Assembly (NCBI GenBank): GCA_029881215.1
Contig: JAOUNA010000052.1
Location: 1-16,830, forward strand
Direction: 5' to 3'
Source: Myxococcales bacterium
Lineage (GTDB): Bacteria; Myxococcota_A; UBA9160; SMWR01
DNA length: 16,830 nucleotides
In this document: positions 1 through 6,746 of the stretch, one piece after another
Layout of the letters: each line of letters begins with the position of its first letter
Numbering within the stretch: the stretch's first letter is position 1
Notes under the pieces: model-generated
Seen by the model: the letters and a program-made list of their open reading frames with translations, nothing else
What the model was told of the DNA's origin: nothing
The model's database searches: none
Translations under genes and position numbers: made by a program

Positions 1-837
1 CACGAACTGCAGGAACGAGGTGCCCTGTGCACCCGTGAAGTCACCCGTCGCCTTGTAGGAGTTGTAGTTCGACGCTTGGCCGTTCAGGAACTCGCCATTG
101 CCCGACGGATGCTTGTGGTTGTCATTGATATACGTGCCATGGCAGCCCGCGCACCATTCTCCCATGTTCTGACCGTACGCCGGGTGGCTGGCATCCGACT
201 CGGCATAGCCAGCGGTGACGGCGATCGGCGCCGTTGTGGTGCCGATGTCGCGCAGCAACCGGTAGTTACCGGCGATCGTGCCGGTCACGGGCTCTTCCCC
301 GTACGAACCCGACACGGAGATCGGGAGCGCGCCCGCCGCCGTGCCGCCCTGCACCTGGCCGTGCGGATTGTGGCAGCTGTTGCAGCCGAGAGCGCTGGCG
401 GGATAGCCGCCGCCAGGCGCCACCGTGTTGGTGCCGTCCGCAGTCAGGCTGAAGTCGATGGCGACTACGTTGTGACCCATGTTGTCGGGGTCGGACGTCA
501 CCGGTGTGCCGCGTACCACGTTCGTGTAGGGCGTGGTCAACCAGAAGAAATCGCCGCCCGGTGAGAACTTGCTGCCGTTGTTGCTGAGCACGGCGTAGCT
601 TCTGGACGGGTTGCCGTGGCAGTTCAGACAAGTCGAGCTCGCGTCTGTGCCCTTCAGCAGGGTGTTGTTGGGCGTGCCCGAAACCGGGTTATCCGGCGAG
701 TTGTGCATGCTGTGGCACCCGTCGCAGTGTGCGACGCCGCCCTCGTGGAAGGCGAGTGCCGTGTTGGCAAAACCGAGAGTCAGAAGCCCGGCCAGCACAG
801 CAACGCCCTGCACGAGCGTGTGACTATTGATCCTCAT
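1..837 (-). CDS. Multiheme c-type cytochrome. N-terminal ~279 aa are present; the C-terminus runs off the window start.
   Basis: Manual minus-strand translation from the ATG at 837..835 gives MRINSHTLVQGVAVLAGLLTLGFANTALA, a signal peptide. Four CXXCH heme-binding motifs follow: CDGCH, CLNCH, CNSCH and CAGCH (the last is the reverse complement of nt 138-152). GC3 is high. The ORF is open to the window edge, so it is absent from the ORF track. Confidence 0.85.
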   Translation of the reverse strand, partial: MRINSHTLVQGVAVLAGLLTLGFANTALAFHEGGVAHCDGCHSMHNSPDNPVSGTPNNTLLKGTDASSTCLNCHGNPSRSYAVLSNNGSKFSPGGDFFWLTTPYTNVVRGTPVTSDPDNMGHNVVAIDFSLTADGTNTVAPGGGYPASALGCNSCHNPHGQVQGGTAAGALPISVSGSYGEEPVTGTIAGNYRLLRDIGTTTAPIAVTAGYAESDASHPAYGQNMGEWCAGCHGTYINDNHKHPSGNGEFLNGQASNYNSYKATGDFTGAQGTSFLQFV

Positions 838-1975
838 TTTCCAGATCCTCCAAGTGATTGGAATCCTCATCTGCAATGAACTCGAGCCGAGCAGATACCC
901 GCTTTTCTTCGACGGTCTGTTCGGTTTCTTGTGACACCGGTGACGGTGTCGTGATCCCGCTTGCGGGATCGCTGCTCTGTGATGAACGTGACGTTTCGTA
1001 GGTTATTCCGAAGACACTCACTCCTCTGTTTGCGGCTTGGCCGACGTAGACGTTTCCGCTGGTGTCGATGACCAGATCATCTGGCACGATCAAGTTGGAG
1101 GGCTGATCGCCGCGGTAACCGAATTCGGTCTGGAATTCGAGCTCGGAGCTGAAGACCAGAACCACGGAGCGCAGTCGGTCCGTGACGTACACGTATCCCA
1201 TCGCATCCGTGGCGATGCCCGCGGCGACGCCGAACTTGCCCGTTCCGCTCCCGCTTCGACCGAACTGTGTCAACGTGCCGTCAGCGGACAGGCGATACGC
1301 GACGAAGAGAGTCGGAACGGTGAAGAACAGGTTGCGGTTTGCGTCGACAGCAAGACCGCCGAGGTCGGCGTTCTGGAGCTTCTTCTTCTGGCGATCGATG
1401 TTCTGCAGCTGATCCGGGCCCGCATCGTCGAGCGCGAGGCTGGGACGCAGCGCGGCTTTGAGGTCGTATCCGCGCCGGAAATATCCGGCTTCATCGAGCT
1501 CGAGGACGCGCATGGCGTTCGAATCGACCAGATAGAGGGATCCGTTCTGATACAGCAACTGGTCTGCGAGGAATTGTTTGTAGGCAGCCGGGACGTTCTT
1601 GAGCTCGAGCTCAGCGAGGTACTCGCCGCGGTAGTTGAGGAGATGGACCGCGGTGGTCTGATAGCCCGAGGTCAAGAGGAAGATGCTTCCGTCCTGGCCG
1701 ACCGCGATGTCCGCGGCACTGGCATAGGCATCTCCGAAGACGAAGATTTCCATGCCGTGCTCGTCGAAGACGCGAATGTCGTTGTGTCGTTCGTCGAGCG
1801 CATAGACTTCGTTGCGCTCGGGATCGACGGCGAGCTTCGCCCAGTGCGAAGGCACGGGACCGGAGAAGTTGGCCAGGGGATAGCGGAAGGACGCCGCCAC
1901 CTCGGCCCGGCCTGGGAGGGACGCCGCAAGCAGCAGGAGCGCGGCGCAAAGCAGTGTGAGCGTTCGTCCCGTCAT
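824..1975 (-). CDS. Secreted NHL-repeat beta-propeller protein. Likely start is the ATG at 1975, not the track's TTG at 1993.
   Basis: Track ORF 824..1993. Signal peptide MTGRTLTLLCAALLLLAASLPGRAEV. Repeated YVTD/VAVD/LLTSG-type NHL blade motifs. The C-terminal tail is acidic and S/T-rich. Its last codons overlap the cytochrome start (ATGAGGATCAATAG), consistent with translational coupling. Confidence 0.8.
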   Translation of the reverse strand: MTGRTLTLLCAALLLLAASLPGRAEVAASFRYPLANFSGPVPSHWAKLAVDPERNEVYALDERHNDIRVFDEHGMEIFVFGDAYASAADIAVGQDGSIFLLTSGYQTTAVHLLNYRGEYLAELELKNVPAAYKQFLADQLLYQNGSLYLVDSNAMRVLELDEAGYFRRGYDLKAALRPSLALDDAGPDQLQNIDRQKKKLQNADLGGLAVDANRNLFFTVPTLFVAYRLSADGTLTQFGRSGSGTGKFGVAAGIATDAMGYVYVTDRLRSVVLVFSSELEFQTEFGYRGDQPSNLIVPDDLVIDTSGNVYVGQAANRGVSVFGITYETSRSSQSSDPASGITTPSPVSQETEQTVEEKRVSARLEFIADEDSNHLEDLENEDQ

Positions 1976-1988
1976 CACTGGCGGGTTG

Positions 1989-2004
1989 TGCAATGGTTGT
2001 GCCG
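1989..2004 (-). promoter_or_regulatory. Candidate sigma-54 (RpoN) -24/-12 promoter CGGCAC-N5-TTGCA on the minus strand, reading into the NHL/cytochrome operon.
   Basis: Minus-strand sequence is CTTCGGCACAACCATTGCACAACCCGCCAGTGATG. The GG and GC elements are exactly 10 nt apart with GGCAC/TTGCA flanks. An NtrC-type activator gene lies 4.7 kb away. Caveat: the GC element sits only about 14 nt before the ATG at 1975. That implies a near-leaderless transcript or a different start. Confidence 0.35.
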
Positions 2005-2076
2005 AAGCTTGTCGAGTCTAAAAAAGATAATCAGAACAGATAGTTAGACTGATATCAGCAAGACCTATCCGCGTTT

Positions 2077-2092
2077 CCAACCTGGCTGTTGG
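2077..2092. promoter_or_regulatory. Imperfect dyad CCAACC-tggc-TGTTGG, a possible enhancer-binding-protein site (UAS), inside an unusually AT-rich tract (2017-2160).
   Basis: 6-bp arms (5 of 6 match) with a 4-bp spacer, about 75-100 bp upstream of the candidate sigma-54 -24 element. The neighbouring AAAAAAGATAATCAGAACAGATAG tract and a T8 run at ~2145 are atypical for this GC-rich DNA and may be IHF/bending sites. A direct repeat TGGCGAAATGGCGAAT lies at ~2113-2128. Confidence 0.2.
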
Positions 2093-2477
2093 GCTTATGA
2101 CCACATCGCAGTTGGCGAAATGGCGAATTTCTCGTTGATTTCGGTTTTTTTTCGCTTCCAAGGCAGCGTGTGGCGCCTCGCGATCCCGTTCGACCCGAGC
2201 TGCGCAGTCTTTCATCCAGCCGGCCTTGCTCGCGCGTCGAAACGGGTGTAGGGATGCGAGGTCGATCCTCGACTCGCGAGACGATTCTTCCACCCGGCTC
2301 CCAGATCCTCCTCCGCCTTCGCCGGGGACTCCGTCCGGGTTGCCGCGGAAGCGCTCGATCTCGCTGGCGCAGTCGTTGGGCAGAGCGGACGTGCCGATCC
2401 GGCGGCCGGGAGCTCGAACGGTCGGAGTCGGCGCGCGATCCGGCGGAAGAAGGCGAGACAGCGGAGAGCAAGGGAGG

Positions 2478-3827
2478 ATGACAGTGGTCCCGCGAAGCGC
2501 GCGTCAGGGCAGGAGGATGCTCCTCGCGGTCGTCTTGGCGATCGGCATTTCCCCAGCCACGCAGGCCGCGATTCCCGCAGTGGAACGAGTGGCCTTGATC
2601 GCTCTGTACGACAGCACAGATGGTGACCACTGGGACGAGAACGCCGGCTGGAAGACGGCGCCCCTCGCGGCGGACGGATTCGCCCTGCCCGGTACGGAGT
2701 GTGCGTGGTTCGGCGTCCTCTGTGACGCCGGAGATACGACCGTGCAGATGTTGCTCCTCTTCTGGAACGACCTGTCCGGCAGTCTTCCTCCCGAGCTGGG
2801 AGATCTTGGGAACCTTCTGGATCTCTCCCTCGATGGGAACCATCTCACGGGCGCCATTCCTCCGCGGCTGGGAGACCTCGCCAAGCTCCAGAGTCTCTAC
2901 TTGGATAGCAACCAGCTCTCCGGCGCCATACCGGCCGACTTGGGGAGCCTTGCAGAGATTCGCAACCTCTATCTCCGAGGCAATCAGCTGTCGGGCCCGA
3001 TTCCTTCTCAATTGGGAAGTCTGGCCAGGCTCGAGGATCTCCGCCTCAGCGAGAATCAGCTGTCTGGCAGCATCCCCCCGACGCTCGGGAGCCTCGGGAG
3101 CTTGCGGGTGCTCTCGCTCTACGAAAACGATCTATCCGGCAGCATTCCCCCCGAGCTGGGCGATCTTGCCAATCTCGAAATCCTCTGGCTGGACGCCAAT
3201 CAGCTCTCCGGCAGCATTCCCTCGGAACTCGGGAAGCTTGCCCGCCTGCAGGTGTTCTGGGCCTTCAGCAATCAACTGACCGGGAGTGTTCCCGCGGCGC
3301 TGGGAGCTCTCGTCGATCTCCGTTCTCTCTATCTCAACGGCAATCACCTGGCCGGCAGTCTGCCGCCGGAGCTGGGAGGTCTTGCGAGCCTTCTCCAGCT
3401 CTATCTCTACGACAACCAGCTCACCGGAAGCATTCCCGCCGGGCTCGGCAGTCTTGCAAATCTCGACCGCCTGTATCTGGGCGGCAACCAGCTGTCGGGC
3501 GCCATTCCGCCGGAGCTCGGCAGTCTCGGAAAACTCCGTCGACTTCTGCTCGACCGCAATCAGCTGGAGGGTCCGCTTCCGCTCGAGCTGCTCGGTCTCA
3601 GCAGCCTGGTCGATGCTTCGAGCAATCTGTGTGAAAACCATCTCTACACAGACGACGCTTCGCTCCGCGATTTTCTGAACAGCAAGCAGATCGGTGGCGA
3701 TTGGGAGGCTTGTCAGATTCTTCCGATTCCCTCCGTTCCCGGCAGCGCTCTCCTCGTGATCTTCGCGCTCCTCACAGGATGTGCCTTGTGGCTGCTGCGA
3801 CCATCGATCCCGGTGCATGCGTCGTAG
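2478..3827 (+). CDS. Secreted plant-type leucine-rich-repeat protein with the architecture of a receptor-like protein: signal peptide, LRRNT_2-like cap, 12 LRRs, Cys cap, C-terminal TM/PEP-CTERM-like anchor.
   Basis: Track ORF 2226..3827. The first 84 codons are R/P-rich junk. AGGGAGG at 2471-2477 precedes ATG 2478 / GTG 2484, followed by signal peptide RSARQGRRMLLAVVLAIGISPATQAA. The cap ALIALYDSTDGDHWDENAGWKT...CAWFGVLCD matches the plant LRRNT_2 pattern. Twelve repeats of NxLSGxIPxxLGxLxxLxxLxL follow. The C-terminus is ...CENHL...EACQILPIPSVPGSALLVIFALLTGCALWLLRPSIPVHAS. Confidence 0.9.
   Translation: MTVVPRSARQGRRMLLAVVLAIGISPATQAAIPAVERVALIALYDSTDGDHWDENAGWKTAPLAADGFALPGTECAWFGVLCDAGDTTVQMLLLFWNDLSGSLPPELGDLGNLLDLSLDGNHLTGAIPPRLGDLAKLQSLYLDSNQLSGAIPADLGSLAEIRNLYLRGNQLSGPIPSQLGSLARLEDLRLSENQLSGSIPPTLGSLGSLRVLSLYENDLSGSIPPELGDLANLEILWLDANQLSGSIPSELGKLARLQVFWAFSNQLTGSVPAALGALVDLRSLYLNGNHLAGSLPPELGGLASLLQLYLYDNQLTGSIPAGLGSLANLDRLYLGGNQLSGAIPPELGSLGKLRRLLLDRNQLEGPLPLELLGLSSLVDASSNLCENHLYTDDASLRDFLNSKQIGGDWEACQILPIPSVPGSALLVIFALLTGCALWLLRPSIPVHAS
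2748..3612 (+). repeat. Twelve tandem ~72-bp imperfect direct repeats (the LRR units) inside the LRR gene.
   Basis: Recurring DNA words at 72-bp spacing (e.g. caatcagctgtc(c/g)ggc..., ggcagcattcc, ctctatct) correspond to the 24-residue protein repeat. Confidence 0.8.
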
Positions 3828-3917
3828 AGCCAGCGGATCCGCGACCCGTGGATTGAGCGAAATGACAGATTTCCGATCGTGCACAATGCGAGGCCCCGCA
3901 TGACTTCCAGGATCCCG

Positions 3918-4856
3918 ATGCCGAGCGATTGCTCGAAACGGATGCGCTACCTCGCGATTCTCCTGGTGCTTGCTCCGTTGCTGGCATTTGCGGCGAATTG
4001 CAGCGAGCAAGAGCCGACAGCGACTGCGAGCCAGGAGCCTCAGAGATCGATCCGGATCGGCCTCATTCCGGAGCAGAACATCTTCCTTCAGAAGAAGCGC
4101 TACCAGCCGCTCGCAGACTACCTCTCGGAGAAGACTGGTGTGCGCATCGAGCTTCGCGTGCTCTCCAGATACGGGAACATCATCCAGAATTTCGTTTCCA
4201 AAGGTCTGGACGGGGCGTTCTTCGGCAGCTTCACGGCGGCACTGGCGCACCGGAAGCTCGGTGTCGAGGCCGTGGCGAGACCGGAATATCCGGACGGCAG
4301 CTCGACATATCACGGCCTCCTCTTCGTTCGGAAAGACAGCGGAATCCGGAATGGAAACGACATGAAGGGGAAGCGTTTTGCCTTCGTGGACAAGGCAACC
4401 ACCGCCGGATGGCTGCTTCCCCTCTACTATTTCAAGACCCAGGGCATTCGGGACTACCGTTCCTGGCTCAAGGAATCGTACTTCGCGGGAACCCACGAGG
4501 GCGCGATCTACGACGTCCTCGAGAGAAACGCCGACATCGGGGCCGCGAAGAACACGGTATTCGAGGCGCTCGCACGCGAAGATCCCCGAATCTCTGAGGA
4601 TCTGCTGATTCTGGCCCGATCCCCGGATGTACCCGAAAATGGCTTGTGCGTGCGAAAGACGCTCGACGAGCCGCTCAAGCGAAAGCTCAGGGAAACCCTT
4701 CTGGGCCTCGATACGACCAGAGAGGGGAAGAGGATCTTGAAGAAATTCGGTGCGCGCCGATTCATCCAGACGAGCGAGAACGACTACGCGGTGGTGTTCG
4801 AGTATGCACGGGAGATTGGGCTCGATCTCGAGACGTACGACTACATGAACGAGTAA
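3918..4856 (+). CDS. Orphan periplasmic substrate-binding protein of the PhnD/phosphonate-binding family. No ABC permease or ATPase is present nearby.
   Basis: Track ORF 3879..4856; probable start is the ATG at 3918 or 3942. Signal peptide MRYLAILLVLAPLLAFAANCS. Family pattern IRIGLIPEQN...PLADYL...GV.IEL......Y..I......G.DGAF.G.......H..LG.E....P....SS.YHGLLFVRKDSGI....DMKGKRFAF.D..TTAGWLLP..YF...GI. Confidence 0.8.
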   Translation: MPSDCSKRMRYLAILLVLAPLLAFAANCSEQEPTATASQEPQRSIRIGLIPEQNIFLQKKRYQPLADYLSEKTGVRIELRVLSRYGNIIQNFVSKGLDGAFFGSFTAALAHRKLGVEAVARPEYPDGSSTYHGLLFVRKDSGIRNGNDMKGKRFAFVDKATTAGWLLPLYYFKTQGIRDYRSWLKESYFAGTHEGAIYDVLERNADIGAAKNTVFEALAREDPRISEDLLILARSPDVPENGLCVRKTLDEPLKRKLRETLLGLDTTREGKRILKKFGARRFIQTSENDYAVVFEYAREIGLDLETYDYMNE

Positions 4857-4898
4857 CCGCGTGGCGGCGCCGAGTCCCGCGCGGCTCGAGAGCAGTCG

Positions 4899-6746
4899 AT
4901 GAAGAAGAAGATCTTCATAGGGTTCGTGATCCTGACCGCCTGCTTCGTGGGGGGCGGCATCTACATCGCTCGCTCCATCGACCAGGTGATCTCGAAGCTC
5001 GAAGCTGTCATCACGCTGCACCAGGTCGAGATCCTGCGGAAGAGCTTCCTTACGGACGTCAAGGCCGTTCAGCAGGATCTGCTGCTCAAGGATTCGCCCC
5101 ACGAGGCAGAGGATGATTCCGTCATTAGGCGCGGTGAGAAGATGGCGGAGGAGGTCGCCGGCTGTTTCGCCTGTCACCACGCGGAGCCGGCACTCCATCA
5201 GCTGAAGAGTCTACAGGGCGAAATTGACCTGTATCAGAAAGCTCTCAGCAGGGTCTACACGACCCGGGCAAACGCCGAGCGATTGAGTCGACAGAAGCAG
5301 GTCGCGTTCCACATCGGACAGCACTTGATCGAAGAAATCGACAACATCATCGAGTACTCGTCACGCGCACTGGGAAACCGGACGCAGCTCGCGAAGCACA
5401 GCATCGCCGAGACGAAGAAACACCTGACTTTCCTCGTGATTGCGGGACCGGTGATCGGTCTGGCGATCGCTCTGTACTTCATCCACTACCTGACGCGTTC
5501 GATGGGAGCCCTCATCGACGGGACTCGAAAGCTGGAATCCGGTCAGCTGGATCACAAGATCGAAGGCCTGCGGGACGAGTTTGGTGAGCTGGGGGCCTCG
5601 ATCAACGAGATGGCTCATTCGCTGGGCAAGATGATCCGCGCGATCGAGGAGAGCCAGAAGCGGTACAGGATGTTGTTCGAGAGCGCGGGAGATGGAATCC
5701 TCATGCTCGAAGCCGAGGGGGAGAATGTCGGCGGAGTCGTGTCAGCAAATCAGGCGGCTGCGGATATGCATGGCTACACCGTCGCGGAGATGTTAGCGCT
5801 CAACCTTCGAGATCTCGATGCCAGTGAGGACACAACAGCGGCGCGCAAGCGCATCGATCGGATCCTGGGCGGAGAGTGGATCAATGTGGAAAGCAGCCAT
5901 CGAAGGAAGGACGGCTCGATCTTTCCGGTCGAGATCAGCGCAGGGCTGCTCGAGTTCGAGAATCAAAAATACATTCTCGCGTTCGATAAGGACATCACGG
6001 AGCGAAAGCAGGCGGAAGACGCCTTGCAGCGGGCCGAGCAACTGGTGGTCGTGGGCGAAATGGCAGCCGGGCTGGCCCATGAAATCAAGAATCCTCTCGC
6101 TGGAATCAAGGTGTCGATCGAGGTCTTGACGAGCGAGCTGCAGCTCGAGCAAGAGGACAAGGAAGTCTTCGAGCGGATCATCGACGAAATCAATCGTATC
6201 GAGACGCTGCTGAAGAATTTGCTCAGCTACGCAACACCCCCGAGGCCGCAGTTTGCGCTGGTCGACGTGAACAAGATCGTCGAGACGGCGATCAAGACGG
6301 CGGCGTTCACGCTGAAGAGTCCGGGCGGGGAGGCGAAGGAGAAGGACGCGAGGGATGTCCGATTCGAGAAGAGGCTGAGTGAGCATTTGCCGCAGATCGT
6401 CGCAGACGGGGCTCAGCTGCAGCAGGTACTCCTGAATTTGCTGATCAACGCGATGCACGCGATTCAAGGCTCCGGTTGCATTTCGGTTGCTACTGCCGCT
6501 GGCACTGCGCATGCGGTCCAGATCGTCGTGTCGGATACGGGAAAGGGCGTCGGCGGCGCGGACATGGAAAAGATCTTCCTGCCGTTCTTCACGACGAAGC
6601 CGAAGGGAACAGGGCTCGGACTGTCGATCTGCAAGCGCTTGATCGAGCAGCACGGCGGCTCGATTGAAGTTGCGCGCGGTCCGCAGGGAGGCCTCATGTT
6701 CACGATCAGTCTGCCGGTCGAGCAGGGGGAGGGCAGTCACTCGTGA
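4899..6746 (+). CDS. Sensor histidine kinase. Its periplasmic domain (about 150 aa) carries a CXXCH c-type heme motif, followed by HAMP, PAS, HisKA and HATPase_c.
   Basis: TM1 is IFIGFVILTACFVGGGIYIA and TM2 is LTFLVIAGPVIGLAIALYFIHYL. The loop between them contains GCFACHH (nt 5163-5180). A PAS domain runs from RYRMLFESAGDGILMLE to ITERKQAE. The H-box is AAGLAHEIKNPL, the N-box LLNLLINAMHA, G1 VSDTGKGV and G2 KPKGTGLGLSI. Confidence 0.9.
   Translation: MKKKIFIGFVILTACFVGGGIYIARSIDQVISKLEAVITLHQVEILRKSFLTDVKAVQQDLLLKDSPHEAEDDSVIRRGEKMAEEVAGCFACHHAEPALHQLKSLQGEIDLYQKALSRVYTTRANAERLSRQKQVAFHIGQHLIEEIDNIIEYSSRALGNRTQLAKHSIAETKKHLTFLVIAGPVIGLAIALYFIHYLTRSMGALIDGTRKLESGQLDHKIEGLRDEFGELGASINEMAHSLGKMIRAIEESQKRYRMLFESAGDGILMLEAEGENVGGVVSANQAAADMHGYTVAEMLALNLRDLDASEDTTAARKRIDRILGGEWINVESSHRRKDGSIFPVEISAGLLEFENQKYILAFDKDITERKQAEDALQRAEQLVVVGEMAAGLAHEIKNPLAGIKVSIEVLTSELQLEQEDKEVFERIIDEINRIETLLKNLLSYATPPRPQFALVDVNKIVETAIKTAAFTLKSPGGEAKEKDARDVRFEKRLSEHLPQIVADGAQLQQVLLNLLINAMHAIQGSGCISVATAAGTAHAVQIVVSDTGKGVGGADMEKIFLPFFTTKPKGTGLGLSICKRLIEQHGGSIEVARGPQGGLMFTISLPVEQGEGSHS

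Noticed and set aside
1037-2047. 336-aa plus-strand ORF
   Set aside because: It is antisense to the NHL-repeat gene, which has a signal peptide and propeller motifs. It has no RBS or domain features.
2226-2477. N-terminal 84-codon extension of the LRR ORF
   Set aside because: The translation (RRNGCRDARS...PPPPSPGTPSG...GGRRRDSGEQGR) is not protein-like. A strong AGGGAGG RBS and a canonical signal peptide follow at 2478/2484. I treat it as 5' UTR / promoter.
3132-5198. 688-aa minus-strand ORF spanning the antisense of the LRR, PhnD-like SBP and HK genes
   Set aside because: It is antisense to three well-supported genes. The translation is Arg/Gly/Ala-rich with repeat 'echoes' of the LRR antisense and has no domain-like segments. 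This is the typical shadow ORF of high-GC DNA.
5793-6740. 315-aa minus-strand ORF
   Set aside because: It is antisense to the HK catalytic region (HisKA/HATPase motifs are on the plus strand).
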